Positions 13,445 to 25,824 of a stretch of DNA of 64,000 bases are shown in pieces. The first letter of the stretch is position 1. Each line of letters starts with the position of its first letter. The notes under the pieces are model-generated. The model was not told where the DNA came from and ran no database searches. It saw only the letters and a list, made by a program, of their open reading frames with translations. Both the position numbers and the translations under genes were made by a program. This DNA comes from Podarcis tiliguerta (lineage: Eukaryota), in the NCBI GenBank assembly GCA_965153285.1, contig OZ229118.1; one strand, written 5' to 3'.

Positions 13445-14602
13445 ATCCGTCATGCCTTGGGGGGCAAAGCTGATACCCCACTGTTGTTTCAAGGCAGAGC
13501 TAAGGCCCTTGTGATGAAATCACACCCATCAATGAGGTATCACACCACGCCTACCTGCTCCTTCACACAAACACAGCCTGCACCAGCCTGTGTGGCGGGT
13601 GGATCGTACATAACACATTGTCCACCTTCTGTTTTAATTTATAATCATCATCATTTTATTATTTGTACCCCGCCCATCTGACCGGGTTTCCCCAGCCGTT
13701 CTTGGCAGCTTAGAGCATATCTGAAAACAAAATGAAACATCAGTGCTTTCCCAAGACAGGGAAGATGGCTTCTCAGAGCCATGCAGTTTTCCTTGGGCAA
13801 CTTTTCTGGCCTTCACGTTGCCGCAGATTGATGGGAAAGGGCTCCGTTTTGGAAACTCCACACGGAGAGGTCTGAGGCGTACGGGAGACGGCAGAATTGC
13901 TCAGGGGACGCTTTCCAAAATGGGGCACCAGGATGTGAGTGCCATAGGATGCAGAGTTGAGCTGCCGCATTGTGGAGGCAGTACAGCATTTTGTAAGCAT
14001 TTCCACTCCCCAGAATGTCAATAGCATTCAGCATGAAGCGTGTTCCATGTACACAGCTCTTGTAGCATGTGGGACATCAAAATTAGAAATGAAAGAATGC
14101 CTCCTTCCCCACAGACCCTCCCAGATCAGCAGAAGGGGCACTGGGGTAGTAGCAGTTTCTTTCACGAGTTTGTGGTGGCAGCAGCCCAGAATATGCCTTT
14201 CTCTGCAGCAGCCCCTAAGTAGTGAAATTCCCTCCCCATAGAGGTATGTGGCTTCTTCACTATACAACTTTTGGAGAATCCTGAAGATGCCCCTCTTTAC
14301 CATGCCTTTTGACACCTGAGATGTGCACTTTCAGAGTCCACCCTATTCTTGTGACTGTACAAACAGGTTTTCATCTGACTTTCAAATTGTTGTAGCCCAC
14401 CCTGGGACCTGCTGTAATACATGTATTAATTACAATAATATTGGGGCCATTGGACGTGGGATGCTGAAGAGAGAAATATTTTGTCCTTCAGAGCAGTGGC
14501 TACAGCTGGATGGCCTTCTGAGGAGTTCCAGTCTGTTATTATTACTTATCTATTTGATTTATTAATCACTTAATACCTAATAGTCTAAAAAAAACAAAAG
14601 TA

Positions 14603-14960
14603 CAGTGGTGCCTCGCAAGACGAAGAGAATCCGTTCCGTGAGTCTCTTCGTCTAGCGGTTTTTTCGTCTTGCGAAGCAAGCCCATTAGCGGATTAGCGCT
14701 ATTAGCGGTTTAGCGGCTGTTAGCGGCTATTAAAGGCTTAAGGGATTAGCGGATTAGCTGCTAAAAGGCTATTAGCAGCTTAGTGCCTTAGAAAAAGGGG
14801 GTGGGGAGCGGAAAAAAACCCCTAGGAATCGCAAGACATTTTCGTCTTGCAAAGCAAGCCCATGGGGAAATTCGTCCTGCGAAGCACCTCCAAAACGGAA
14901 AACCCTTTCGTCTAGCGGGTTTTCCGTCTTGCAAGGCATTCGTCTTGCGGGGCACCACTG
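14603..14960 (-). mobile_element. MITE family A
   Basis: Reverse complement of 830-1176; TA flanks. Confidence 0.92.
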
Positions 14961-15933
14961 TACTTGGTTTCCTTACAAAAAGGATAATGCAGTCTTTAGG
15001 TTAGCAAAGATGCAGGCTTTAAAATCTCCCTTTGGGAGAGGTTCAGTTCACTTGTACCATTTGCTGAGTTGGGAGTCAGGCCACATGGCTCCTTTGCTTG
15101 CACAAAAAGAAAAGACTGAGAAGAAGCAGGAGCAGAAGCTGCTGAGAGCCTGCTAATATACACCCACTCTGGCAACTTGAGCTCAGGGCTCAGGTTAACC
15201 GTTTCATGCACACAAGTGTGAGGCAGTAACTATATTACAACAGAAAGTAACCTGGACATGGGGACAGTAGAGAGGAGAGATGGAGCAATAGAAATGCAAT
15301 ACTATTGCATGTTTACTGAAAAATAAATAACACTATGGTGCTTACTCCATAGATAGTGCTTTTAGGACTGCAGCATAAGTCAGATATGAGGCCATATGGC
15401 AAAAGGCAGGCTCCAGGGAAAGTACCTGAATAAAAGCAGTAAAAGGCATTGATGCAACCTGAAAACTGTACACCATATTCATATCCTTTTTTGAATGTAT
15501 GCTACCACCTCCCATGTTCCATCTTAAGACTCTTAAAAGCTACAGAATCATTGTTTTACCTGTGGGAAGGAAAATAATAATAGATATAGAAAATTTACCC
15601 GTGTGGGGTAATTAATAAAAGAACTGGATGGATCCCTAGATCCAAAGCATGGGGCTAATCATACTCTCCAGTGAGAGAGCTCTCAGCAGAGTATTAAAAT
15701 CACCGAATCATGCAGCACAGGGAAGTGTGAGCAATATAGGCTGTTAGACCCTTTAAATATCCTGTTTAGTTCGCTCACACTGCTTCCCCTTTCTACCCTG
15801 CTTGCAACTAATACTGGAGAAGAGAGGGTTAAAGAGTTTTTGACCTACGATTACTCAGTTTTTAAAAGAATAATCCTGTTAAAATTGAGTTACTGATGAG
15901 AGATAAATGGAAAACATGTGCATTCTTAGACTA

Positions 15934-16164
15934 CAGTGGTACCTCGGGTTACATACGCTTCAGGTTACATACGCTTCATGTTACAGACTCCGCTAACCCA
16001 GAAATATTACCTCAGGTTAAGAACTTTGCTTCAGGGTGAGAACAGAAATTGTGCGGCAGCAGCGGGAGGCCCCATTAGCTAAAGTGGTGCTTCAGGTTAA
16101 GAACAGTTTCAGGTTAAGAACGAACCTCCGGAACGAATTAAGTACTTAACCCGAGGTACCACTG
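15934..16164 (+). mobile_element. Tigger-like MITE family B
   Basis: TIR CAGTGGTACCTCGGGTTA; TA flanks; five copies. Confidence 0.92.
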
Positions 16165-16906
16165 TAATTACTTAAATACAATATACAAAATATGTTGTAA
16201 TTCTTATAGAATTTGTGGATCTGCTTACAATGAAACATGTTAGTATGAACTGCTTTTGCTACCTAGTTACATAATTCTGATTAAATTGCAGAAATAAGCA
16301 CATTAGTGTGACCTCACATTTCAGACAATAGCACCTCTCAATTTTCCTGCCTCCTTCCTTATCCCTTGATATGTGTAGCTTGCTTTATAAATGTTACCTG
16401 TTTGTCTGTGCACAGGTTGAAAAGTTGGTGTTACAGTGCCTTCTGCAGGATGGAATGTGTCAAATTAAATCTGCCATTGCCTAAGCAACTTCAGTAAGTT
16501 ATATTCACAGTAAGACTTCCCCCTCTTCAGATTTTTTTCCTAGAGCAAATTGAAAGTGTTATTTAACTGTATTAAATATTAAAGCCAGGGTATTAACCAG
16601 ATGTGGTGACAATTTCCAAGCCTCAGCAGGTTTCAGGCTTTGAGTTTACAATGCCAATGGTCAATCCTAGATTTGGTAATTTTTGATATTACGGTATGCA
16701 TTTTCTCTCTCCAGCTAAACAAATAGTAGTGTGTTTTTTAAAGTGTTTTTTTTTAAAAAAAGCATCAGTTGCAGCAGGAATAAAATAATGCATGGGAAAA
16801 CAGGGTGACTTTGCCAGATACCTAAAAGATAATAGTAATGATGGCACCAGGTGAATTTGCATGGGGAGGGAATTTCACAACTGGGCAGCACAATTTTTTT
16901 GAAATA

Positions 16907-17126
16907 CAGTGGTACCTCAGTTTTCGAGCATCTCGGAAGCCAAACGTTTCGGTTTTCGAACGCCAAAAACCCATGCTTCTGTTTTTGAACACGCCTCGGA
17001 AATTGAACGGCTTCTGCTGCATTTTAAAAAAATTTCTCCATTGAAAATGCAGACCGCCTCTGCACCTTGGTTTTCGAACGTTTTGGAAGCCGGAACGGAT
17101 TACGTTTGAAAACCGAGGTACCACTG
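16907..17126 (+). mobile_element. Tigger-like MITE family C
   Basis: TIR CAGTGGTACCTCRGTTTTC; TA flanks. Confidence 0.88.
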
Positions 17127-17412
17127 TATATATATTATATTGAGCATTTCTATGCCCTCTCCCATTATGTCAATTTTCTTAATGCCCCCCCCCCTGACTA
17201 TTTGTCCATTGAACAATAATTTTTAAATTATAATGCCATGATGTAGACTTCAGGTCACATTAAGTAGGTTTTCCTCCCATACTTTCTTGCAGCAGTAAGG
17301 GAAGCAGGCGCCAGGCCAATGGGTGGGACTAGGCTTGCCTTCACCTTGCCAGTCTTCTTTCTGGGAGGGCAGGGGATACAGCACCCTTGTGTCCTTTGGT
17401 CCCCTGGTCAAT

Positions 17413-17492
17413 AGCAGAGGGCCTCCATGCTCTTCCCTCCAGCTGTGCCAACAGCAGAGGGCCTCCATGCTCTTCCCACCAGCTTTGCCAAC
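17413..17492. repeat. 40-bp tandem duplication
   Basis: AGCAGAGGGCCTCCATGCTCTTCCC... x2. Confidence 0.9.
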
Positions 17493-17801
17493 AAACAATA
17501 ATACATTTTAACTTGGCAAAATACTAAATTCAGAGAAGGTTTGGAGATGTTGCTGGATTACAACTTCCATTCTGCTGGGAATTCCATAGTTAAGGGTCAC
17601 CAGCACCCCCAAACTTCCAAGGGTGATGGAACTACCAAGAGGGCCCCTCTACTGATCTTAACGTTCAAGACAGTAGGAAAGGAGGCAGTGTTTCATATAT
17701 TTGGGACTTTAACTATTTAGGGCTATAAACACAAACAAGAGCACATTGAATTGAGCCAGGAAATGAACCGGCAACCATACCCCTGTTTTAGACAGTGGGT
17801 T

Positions 17802-18128
17802 AAAAGGTAAAGGGACCCCTGACCATTAGGTTCAGTCGTGGCTGACTCTGGGGTTGCAGTGCTCATCTCGCTTTATTGGCCGAGGGAGCCGGCATACAGC
17901 TTCCAGGTCATGTGGCCAGCATGACTAAGCCGCTTCTGGTGAACCAGAGCAGCACACAGAAACGCAGTTTACCTTCCCGCCGGAGCAGTACCTATTTATC
18001 TGCTTGCACTTTGGCGTGGTTTCGAACTGCTAGGTTGGTAGGAGCAGGGACCGAGCAACAGGAGCTCACTCCGTCGCGGGGATTCGAACCGCCAACCTTC
18101 TGATCCGCAAGTCCTAGGCTCTGTGGTT
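17802..18128 (-). mobile_element. Sauria SINE inserted in an L2 fragment (about 17640-18260, minus)
   Basis: Reverse complement of 5889-6238; flank encodes L2-like DYGNTVYMGLFLKTTQKL. Confidence 0.88.
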
Positions 18129-18405
18129 CTAAAAGGAACCCCAGTGGGGAATCTGCATGCTGTGGTTTTGGACCAGTTGAGCTTCTGCGTGGTCTTCAAG
18201 AACAGACCCATGTAGACTGTGTTACCATAATCCAATCTGGAAGTTACCAGAAAATGGAGTGCTAACCTAAATCCATTTATGACCTAGCAGAAAACATTAC
18301 TATCTTATCAATACCAAGTTATTGATTCAAAGTTCTTTTCTCATTTGTAAAGTCATATTCATTCTAAGGGACTTACACACCACTTTAAAAATTGGCTATT
18401 GTGCG

Positions 18406-18800
18406 ATTTTTGCCATTTCAGCATAATCCCATCCACTTAATCTGCCATTCTTCTCTGGTCAGGACTTTTATCTTCTTTCCATCTCTAGCAAAAAAGACTG
18501 CAAGAATCAGAAGTCAGGACGACCAAACCCTTAATAAAGAATGGGGAAATTTTATTGTTTATCTTAAAAACCACAGTAAACAGTTAAAATCGTTAGTAGG
18601 ATTGGATTAACACTTGTAGTTTAATGGTGAATTTTGGATATAATGGAGATGCAAAAGATCGGATTATAAAAGTTGCAGGAGGAAATGACTAACAATAGGA
18701 CCCACAAAGGGGACTAGGGAAGTCCAGGAGATTCTTTGGAATCTTGTTTTTATGTTGTATGTTGGATATGTGATTGCAAAACTTTAATTTGAAAAGCCAA
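18406..18800 (+). mobile_element. L1 3' fragment with inverted 5' segment
   Basis: 18406-18495 (-) encodes RWKEDK..REEWQIKWMDYAEMAK; 18496 onward (+) encodes TARIRSQDDQTLNKEW...; homologous to L1 at 50330-50500. Confidence 0.75.
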
Positions 18801-18824
18801 ATATATAGAGAGAGAGAGGGAGAG

Positions 18825-18948
18825 CGAGAGCCGCTTAATCTCAGGGTTGTGGGTTCGAGCCCGTCGGGCAAAGAGTTTCCTACATGGCGGGGGTGGGGTG
18901 GACTAGATTCCCCCCCCCCCGGGGTCCCTTCGGACTCTACAAGTCAAT
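18825..18948 (+). mobile_element. 5'-eroded tRNA-Lys-derived SINE with CR1-like tail
   Basis: CTTAATCTCAGGGTTGTGGGTTCGAGCCC (tRNA-Lys 3' half, B box) followed by GGACTAGAT...GGTCCCTTC...CTCTAC. Confidence 0.7.
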
Positions 18949-19300
18949 GGAGGGCGCGCGTGCAACGGCAGCCTTAGTTTTCCGCCGCACGATTCGGCGA
19001 CCAGCGATTTCCTCTGGGGCGGCCGCCGAGGGGTGCGGCCCGTGCGCTTTAGCGCGCCGCCCACCGCCATCCCCATGGGAGACAAGGGGAGGGTGCAGAA
19101 GAAGCCCTCCCCTTGCCTGCGAGCCGGCAGATCCGGGTCTTGCAGCGCTGCCTGCTAGACTGACGTGGTCGACGGAATCAAAACACCAGGCGAAAGGCAG
19201 AGTCGCTCCGCAGCTGCGCTGGCTGGCGTCTCGGGGCTGCGCCTCTTTCTCTCCAGATCCGAGCAAACCCGGTGAGTTGTTTGTGGCTGCCTCTCCGCAT
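18900..19300 (+). promoter_or_regulatory. CpG island / SMIM14 promoter
   Basis: CpG-rich block ending at a strong splice donor; TGACGTGG at 19161-19168. Confidence 0.8.
19190..19271 (+). other. SMIM14: SMIM14 non-coding exon 1 (5' end approximate)
   Basis: Donor CCG|GTGAGT at 19271/19272 at the CpG-island edge; no ATG within. Confidence 0.7.
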
Positions 19301-21476
19301 TCCAGCCTCAAGCTAGTTTTTTCCCTTCTTCTCCCCCTTCTTCTCCCTCCCAGGCTTGTCCTTCTTTTAATGGAGGAAGAAGGCGAAAGGAGGCAAGGAA
19401 AAGGAAAAGTTTCCCACCCCAGTTCTCTCTTCTGCTTTGGGGATGGGAGGCAAAACAAAAAAGTTTCTGGGAAAAGACTGCCCCTTGTTCTCTACTGCTG
19501 CCTTTTGCTTATTCTGGATCTTTGCAAGTATTTTAAACCCGCAAAATATGCAAGCCCTGCACTGATTTCCTGGCGGGAGGGGGGGTCATTTAAAAAAACC
19601 GGATCTCTCCCTGTAAAAAGCCTGTTGCTGATCCTCTCTGTGCCAAAGGAGCCCCACCGACTTTGCTTTGGTGAGAGGCCAGCTGTGATAAAGAAGGAGA
19701 GCCCTTTGCTCGCGGGGGCTGGCGAAGGTTTTGTTTTTGGTCTTGCAACCGAGCAGAACTGCACACCTGATTTATACAGATTTGGTTTTGTTCCTGAATA
19801 AACGTTTTAATATTTCTTAAGAGATGCATGATGCTGAACACAAGGCAAGTTAAATTTCCAAGTGCCTGCAGAAGTTTAGGTTGTGAGCTGGGTACACCTA
19901 CCACCCTGATGCCTTTTATGGCGTGAAGCGGTCTATAAATTTGTTTAACAAATAAAACAGTTAAATTTAGTAAAGGCAGTGCCCTCAAACCCTTGTAAGC
20001 TAAACCCTGCATGTTTACACAAGCTACGTGGAGTTAAGTGACTGGCTTCCAGGTTAGCATACATGGGCACTTTGGTGGGAGTAAACTTCATTAAGCTCAA
20101 TAGGACTTGCTTCTGAGTAAACAAGTATAGGACTGAGCAGCACATTAACTGGATCAATTTTATATTATTCCTCTCTTTCTCTTGCTCTTTAATAAGCCAG
20201 GTCACACTGTGTTGACTTTGAGTTAAAACATCAGCTTCCTCCTTAATCTTTATAAAGAAACGTTTCCTGTTCACAATGGAATAGGGATCCCTGGAACAGA
20301 CAACAGATGCCCCAGAAGCTATTGCATTCTCAAGAGAGAGCCTTGGGAGAAGGCTAGCAATGACGCTGTAATGCCAACCAATACTGAACATGGATGCTTT
20401 TAATTCTTATTTTTTTAAAAAAGTTAGGACTTCAGTCCTAAACATATTACTTGGTATTATTTAGATAATTGGGCTTACCTTTAATACTGGGCTTACCTTT
20501 AATACATGCTGGCTTCAGACTGCCTGTGCAGGGAGAATTGGCAAAAACTAAGATAGTTGTTATTTAACATCAACAGTGTACTTGTGTCATGTTATAAGTG
20601 TGAAATGAGTATTCTGAAGTATCCTGAAAAAGGTATGACTCTTTTCCTGAGTGTGCTTTCACGGTGTTGTAGAGTTGCACGTTTATCATCCTACCGTTGT
20701 AATTTTCCTGCTTTTCAGAATGCCCTGTGCTTAACTAATGATTTTATTTTAATTACCATTATGATGTCAATTTCCTGGCTTTCACTGACCTGCACCTTAC
20801 CCAGTGACTTTATTAGACGTTCAGGAGGATCAGTCTGACACTTTTTACATGTGCATTGCTTTGAGGAAATGTAGGTTACTAAATAAAAGTAAATAAATAA
20901 ACAGTCAGAAGGGTCTCTGTCAATTATATTAAAGGTTGCACAAGTTCATATGGGTGGTCCTTTTTAAAAAAAATAAATAAATAAAACTTAGTAAGTTCTA
21001 CAGAACATACAGAAAGTGTGAAAATAAAAATTTGAAGAACCTAGGACCATGGGACATATAACAATATCCCAAGAAGGCCGTCCTTCTGCTATCCTGGTCT
21101 CAATAACTTAGGTCACAAACTAAGATTGGGAAGATCTGGGTTCAGATTCTTGCTTAGCCTTGAAACTTACTGAGTCACCTTTGGCCAGTCCCTGTTTTCA
21201 GCCCAATGTAAGTGTGGTTCTGAGGATAAAATGGTTACCCTGAACTGCTAGACAGGTCAACAGCCTTTTTTGGACTCATGGGCCTGTTTGTAATTTAGAG
21301 AGTCCTCCTCTGGTTGCTCCACTCTCCTGCTCTCCTTGGATCAGTGGGTGGCCTCTGTGCTTGGAGAAATGAAAAAATAAAAAGTATCTGGGAACATAAT
21401 TCTTTATTCTGCTAGATAACTTTGTTAGCAGACAGGTTGGACAAACTGTCTTTTTGCTAGTTTCTTGTTTATATTA

Positions 21477-21718
21477 CAGTGGTACCTCGGGTTACATACG
21501 CTTCAGGTTACATACGCGTCAGTTTACAGACTTCGCTAACTCAGAAATAGTACCTCGGGTTAAGAACTTTGCTTCAAGATGAGAACAGAAATCATGCTCC
21601 GGCAGCGCGGTGGCAGCAGGAGGCCCCATTAGCTAAAGTGGTGCTTCAGGTTAAGAACAGTTTCAGGTTAAGAACCGACCTCCAGAACGAATTAAGTACT
21701 TAATCCGAGGTACCACTG
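21477..21718 (+). mobile_element. MITE family B
   Basis: TIRs; TA flanks. Confidence 0.92.
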
Positions 21719-22177
21719 TACTGTACTGATTTGCAATAACTGGAGGTAGGGAATAAGGCCAGAAGGCCCAGCAGTGGAAGAAATGGGTTAACTATTACTA
21801 TGCATTCTTAAATGCAAACCAGATCCACTAAAAAGGGTAAAAAAAAATCCTGTTGGCATTATTGACTCCCAACTAGTAATGAATTCGGGAGCAATCTTCA
21901 CCCCTTAACAGCAAGACTTTGTGGAGGGGGGCAGGCACCTCTGCACCCACAGAACTGCCGGTTGCGTTGGCCAGAGCAGAAGCGAGGACAAGCGGGAAAT
22001 GCCTCTTCACTACACCACCAGTGGTGGGTGGAAGCATGCAAGGGACACTTGTCATCTGATGCAAGGTGATGTGTTAATGCCTATCTTTTTTAAGATTATT
22101 AAAACTGTTGAGCCTTGCACCGGCAGTTGTAATTCAGCTGCACAGTTAATGGCTTTATTTGGTACAGGTGTTGTGAG

Positions 22178-22356
22178 TCATAGAATCATACAATCATAGA
22201 ATCATAGAGTTGGAAGAGACCACAAGGGTCATCGAGTCCAACCCCCTGCCAAGCAGGAAACACCATCAGAGCACTCCTGACATATGGTTGTCAAGCCTCT
22301 GCTTAAAGACCTCCAAAGAAGGAGACTCCACCACACTCCTTGGCAGCAGATTCCAA
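22178..22356 (-). mobile_element. CR1 LINE 3' end
   Basis: (CATAGAAT)n octamer tail plus GTTGGAAG..ACC..AAGG.CATC.AGTCCAACCCC. Confidence 0.85.
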
Positions 22357-24226
22357 TGTAATGTAAAATGTAATGTGAATGTAAAATCATTTTACCATTG
22401 ATAAAGTGCTAGTGCAATAACTATAGGATCTTGCTTCCAGTGGAAGGGGACGTTATTCCTTGTGAAATATCCATTGCATCATACTTGCAGATCTGGGCTG
22501 GGGGAGCTGTGGCCTTTCAGTTGTTTCCTGACTGCAACTTGCATTGTCCCTGACTGTGCTGGTTGGGGCTGATGGGATTGGTACTTCATCAACATCTGGA
22601 GGACCACAAATCTCCATCTCTGTTGTAGATGAACCTGTGATATATAACCAGCCAGGAATCCATAATCTGAGTTATGAGTGTAAGGAGTTGCCTACTTCAC
22701 ATTATCTTTACTTTCATTAAAAAATAGAGCCCAAAGTGTTTTGTTCTGTCTGCAGTGTTTAGAATAAAAAAACCCATTAGGACTTCAGTCCTGAACTGAC
22801 CCTAGTGGAGTTTTAGCAGCCTATGTTAAGATTTGCAACCATGACATAAATACATTTTGGCATACTTTTATTTTGCAAGGTATTAAAAAAGGTAAAAAAA
22901 ATGTTACGTAATACTGCTCAGTATGCACTTGTCTGCATTTGCATTTTCTTAACCACAACATACTGTTTTTAATTAAGGTTAAGTGTTCTTTCTTACCGAA
23001 AATGTCTCGTTTCCTACTTTTGTATATATATTTAGAGGCAAAAAGCAGCAGAGGGTGTCAGTGCTTTAGTATTTTGCATTAGTGACTTGTGGCGGTTGTT
23101 CTGTGTTTGTGGTTTTCAAAGAGGTTTCATAATAAGAAGACCAGTAGTGGCAGACAAGCTGCCCAAATGAAAGTTTGCCTTTCAAACGCCCCCTGCAATG
23201 TTTTGGGTGTATTTTAGGGCAAATTCTCAGTTTATATGGGGAAAGAGTGAGATCCAAGTGGGCCTAGGCTAGCCTTCCAAAGCTGGTGCCCTCCAGTTGT
23301 TTTTCGTTACAAATCCCATCATCTGTGACAGTTGGCTGGAGCTGATGAGAGCCGAAGGTACCCAACTGATAGGACTGGTACCCAACTGATAGGACTGTGG
23401 TCCCTGGACAATACTGCAGAATCCTCTGAAATGTCCTGGAGTTTTGTGGCAGTCACGTTATTCTCTGAAAACTAGCCCATATGGAAAGTGTTCCATGAAG
23501 GTAGGAAGTATGAAAATATTCAGAACATCTCTGACTCCTTCATGTATAGAAAGTCTGGGGTAGGGCTGAGGAGCCTCATGACCTCAAGGAAGGATCTCAC
23601 AGCCCCTTTCTGTGCACAATGCCTCTTTGTGTGATTCACACAGCCATTGAGATAAAAGCAGTAAAGTAGAAGTAAACTTGATCGGATGGTGTGTGTCTTA
23701 GATTTAGCCCGCAATCCTATACACACTTGCTTGAGAATTAAGTCCCACTGACCTAAATGAAACTTACTTCTGAGCACAATATGTATAGGATTGACAGTCT
23801 GTCATTTTTAAGAGCATTAAAATATTTTGACATGTAGGAGATTACACATTAGATCAGAACACATACACACACACTTGCAAGCTGAACTTCTCAGAATTCA
23901 GAGAACATCCTTGGTCTCCTTGATAAATGATTGTTGTCTGGGGGAAAACAAGTGCTTGTTATTTACCCGGACAGCACCCATCAAATCTGCCTTTTTGCCG
24001 GCACTAGTGTAATTATGTTTTCAGTCCTGGCAGAACATTGTGTTTTGGTACATTGCGTTGCTGATACGTCCCATCCTAAGCACTTCCATGATAACCCTGC
24101 ACATATTTAGACCTGGCCTGTTAATTCTGTACATTGGAGTCTACCAGGGAAGATGATTGTATCGCTAGAGTTTGAAAAATGATTTGATGTTAAAATATTT
24201 TCTGAAGATTGGGCTGAATGTAATAT

Positions 24227-24470
24227 AGCCAGTGTGGTGTAGTGGTTAAGAGCGGTAGACCCGTAATCTGTGGAACCGGGTTCGCTTCCCCGCTCCTCCA
24301 CATGCAGCTGCTGGGTGACCTTGGGCTAGTCACAATTCTCTGAAGTCTCTCAGCCCCACTCACTCACAGAGTGTTTGTTGTGGGGGAGGAAGGGAAAGGA
24401 GAACGTTAGCCGCCGAGAGACTCCTTCGGGTAGTGATAAAACGGGATATCAAAGCCAAGCTCTTCTTCTT
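24227..24470 (+). mobile_element. tRNA/CORE-derived squamate SINE (Squam3-like)
   Basis: A box TGGTGTAGTGG, B box GGTTCGCTTCC, CORE-like GCTGGGTGACCTTGGGC, (CTT)n tail; second copy at 46508. Confidence 0.85.
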
Positions 24471-24667
24471 AATTGCTCCAAAACAAGTTGGGATTCAGGC
24501 CCATCAAAGTAGTAAGAGTTCTGACTAACATAAGGAGTTGAGACGTGGGCTACGCACTTCAAATCAGTTGTACCGATGGCACTCTGAAGCAAACTTGGAC
24601 AATGGACGTCCCAAAGTGGGGTTTGCAGTAGCAGGGCTCGCACTACCATTGGAAAGAGTAAGATGTT

Positions 24668-25160
24668 TTGACCTTTAAAGCTCTATGTGGCCTAGGACCT
24701 ACATACCTACGGGACCGCCTCTCCTAGTATGCCCCACAAAGGACCTTAAGGTCCAAAAATGACAACATTTTGGAGGTCCCAAGTCACAAGGTGGTTAGGT
24801 TGGTCTCAACTAGGGCCAGGGCCTTTTCAGTACTGGCCACAACTTGGTGGAACGCTCTGTCACAAGAGACTAGGGCCCTGCGGGACTTGATATCTTTCCG
24901 CAGGGCCTGCAAGACAGATCTCTTCCACCTGGCCTTTGGTTTGCACTCAGTCTGACCCTTATGTTTCCCTCCCCTTACGGTTTTGACTTTTAAAATGAGG
25001 CTGCCTTTTAAATTGCATTTTAACCTGCATTTTAAATGGTTTTTTTTTCTTTTTTCTTGCTATGTTTTTACTGAAATTTTATTGGTGTTAGCCGCCCTGA
25101 GCCAGGCTCTGGCCAGGGAGGGCGGGGTATAAATAAAATGTATTATTATTGTTTATTATT
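24668..25160 (+). mobile_element. L2 LINE 3' end
   Basis: RARAFSV.A..WWNAL...FRRACKT.LF..AF ORF2 C-terminus; GGGCGGGGTATAAAT plus (ATT)n tail. Confidence 0.85.
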
Positions 25161-25582
25161 ATTAGTCAACCGATTTTGTGCATCATTAAATTGTGGTTTT
25201 ACTGTCATGAAAGTGGGGAGCCATTTTCTGCCTCATTGCGTGAAGACCAGCCTTGGGTATTGTCGTGGTGAGGGGAGGCGTTTGTTGCTCTGTCCTTGGA
25301 AGCAAAATGTTTTGTGCTGGGCCTGGGAAATCCATGTTTATGGATAGTTGCACTGGGCTGTAATCAAATGTGCCCCTGAAAGCTACCTGAAAGGTTGGTT
25401 CTCACTTGGTCCCTCCCATATTACATCACTTGTTAATGCAGGGGTGAGGAACCTCTTGTAGCTGGCGGGCCAGATCCTTATCTCCCGTCCCCCCCCCCCC
25501 CAGTTCTGGCAGGTCATTTTGATAGGTAGGTGAGGCCAGAGGTCCCCCACCACTGTATTAGGGTCTCATAATTCTTATAGTA

Positions 25583-25824
25583 CAGTGGTACCTCTGGTTA
25601 TGTACTTAATTCGTTCCGGAGGTCCGTTCTTAACCTGAAACTGTTCTTAACCTGAAGCACCACTTTAGCTAATGGGGCCTCCTGCTGCTGCCACGCCGCT
25701 GCCACGCGATTTCTGTTCTCATCCTGAAGCAAAGTTCTTAACCTGAGGTACTATTTCTGGGTTAGTGGAGTCTGTAACCTGAAGCATATGTAACCTGAAG
25801 CGTATGTAACCCAAGGTACCGCTG
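25583..25824 (-). mobile_element. MITE family B
   Basis: Reverse orientation; TIRs; TA flanks. Confidence 0.92.

Noticed and set aside
18825-18870. tRNA-Lys-like sequence
   Set aside because: Only the 3' half is present and it is fused to a CR1-like tail, so it is a SINE head
18884-19801. 305-aa ORF over the SMIM14 promoter
   Set aside because: Starts inside a SINE, crosses the exon 1 donor into intron, no recognisable domain
20470-23396. Short tandem duplications (18 bp at 20470, 20 bp at 23357)
   Set aside because: Ordinary slippage/repair duplications in intronic DNA
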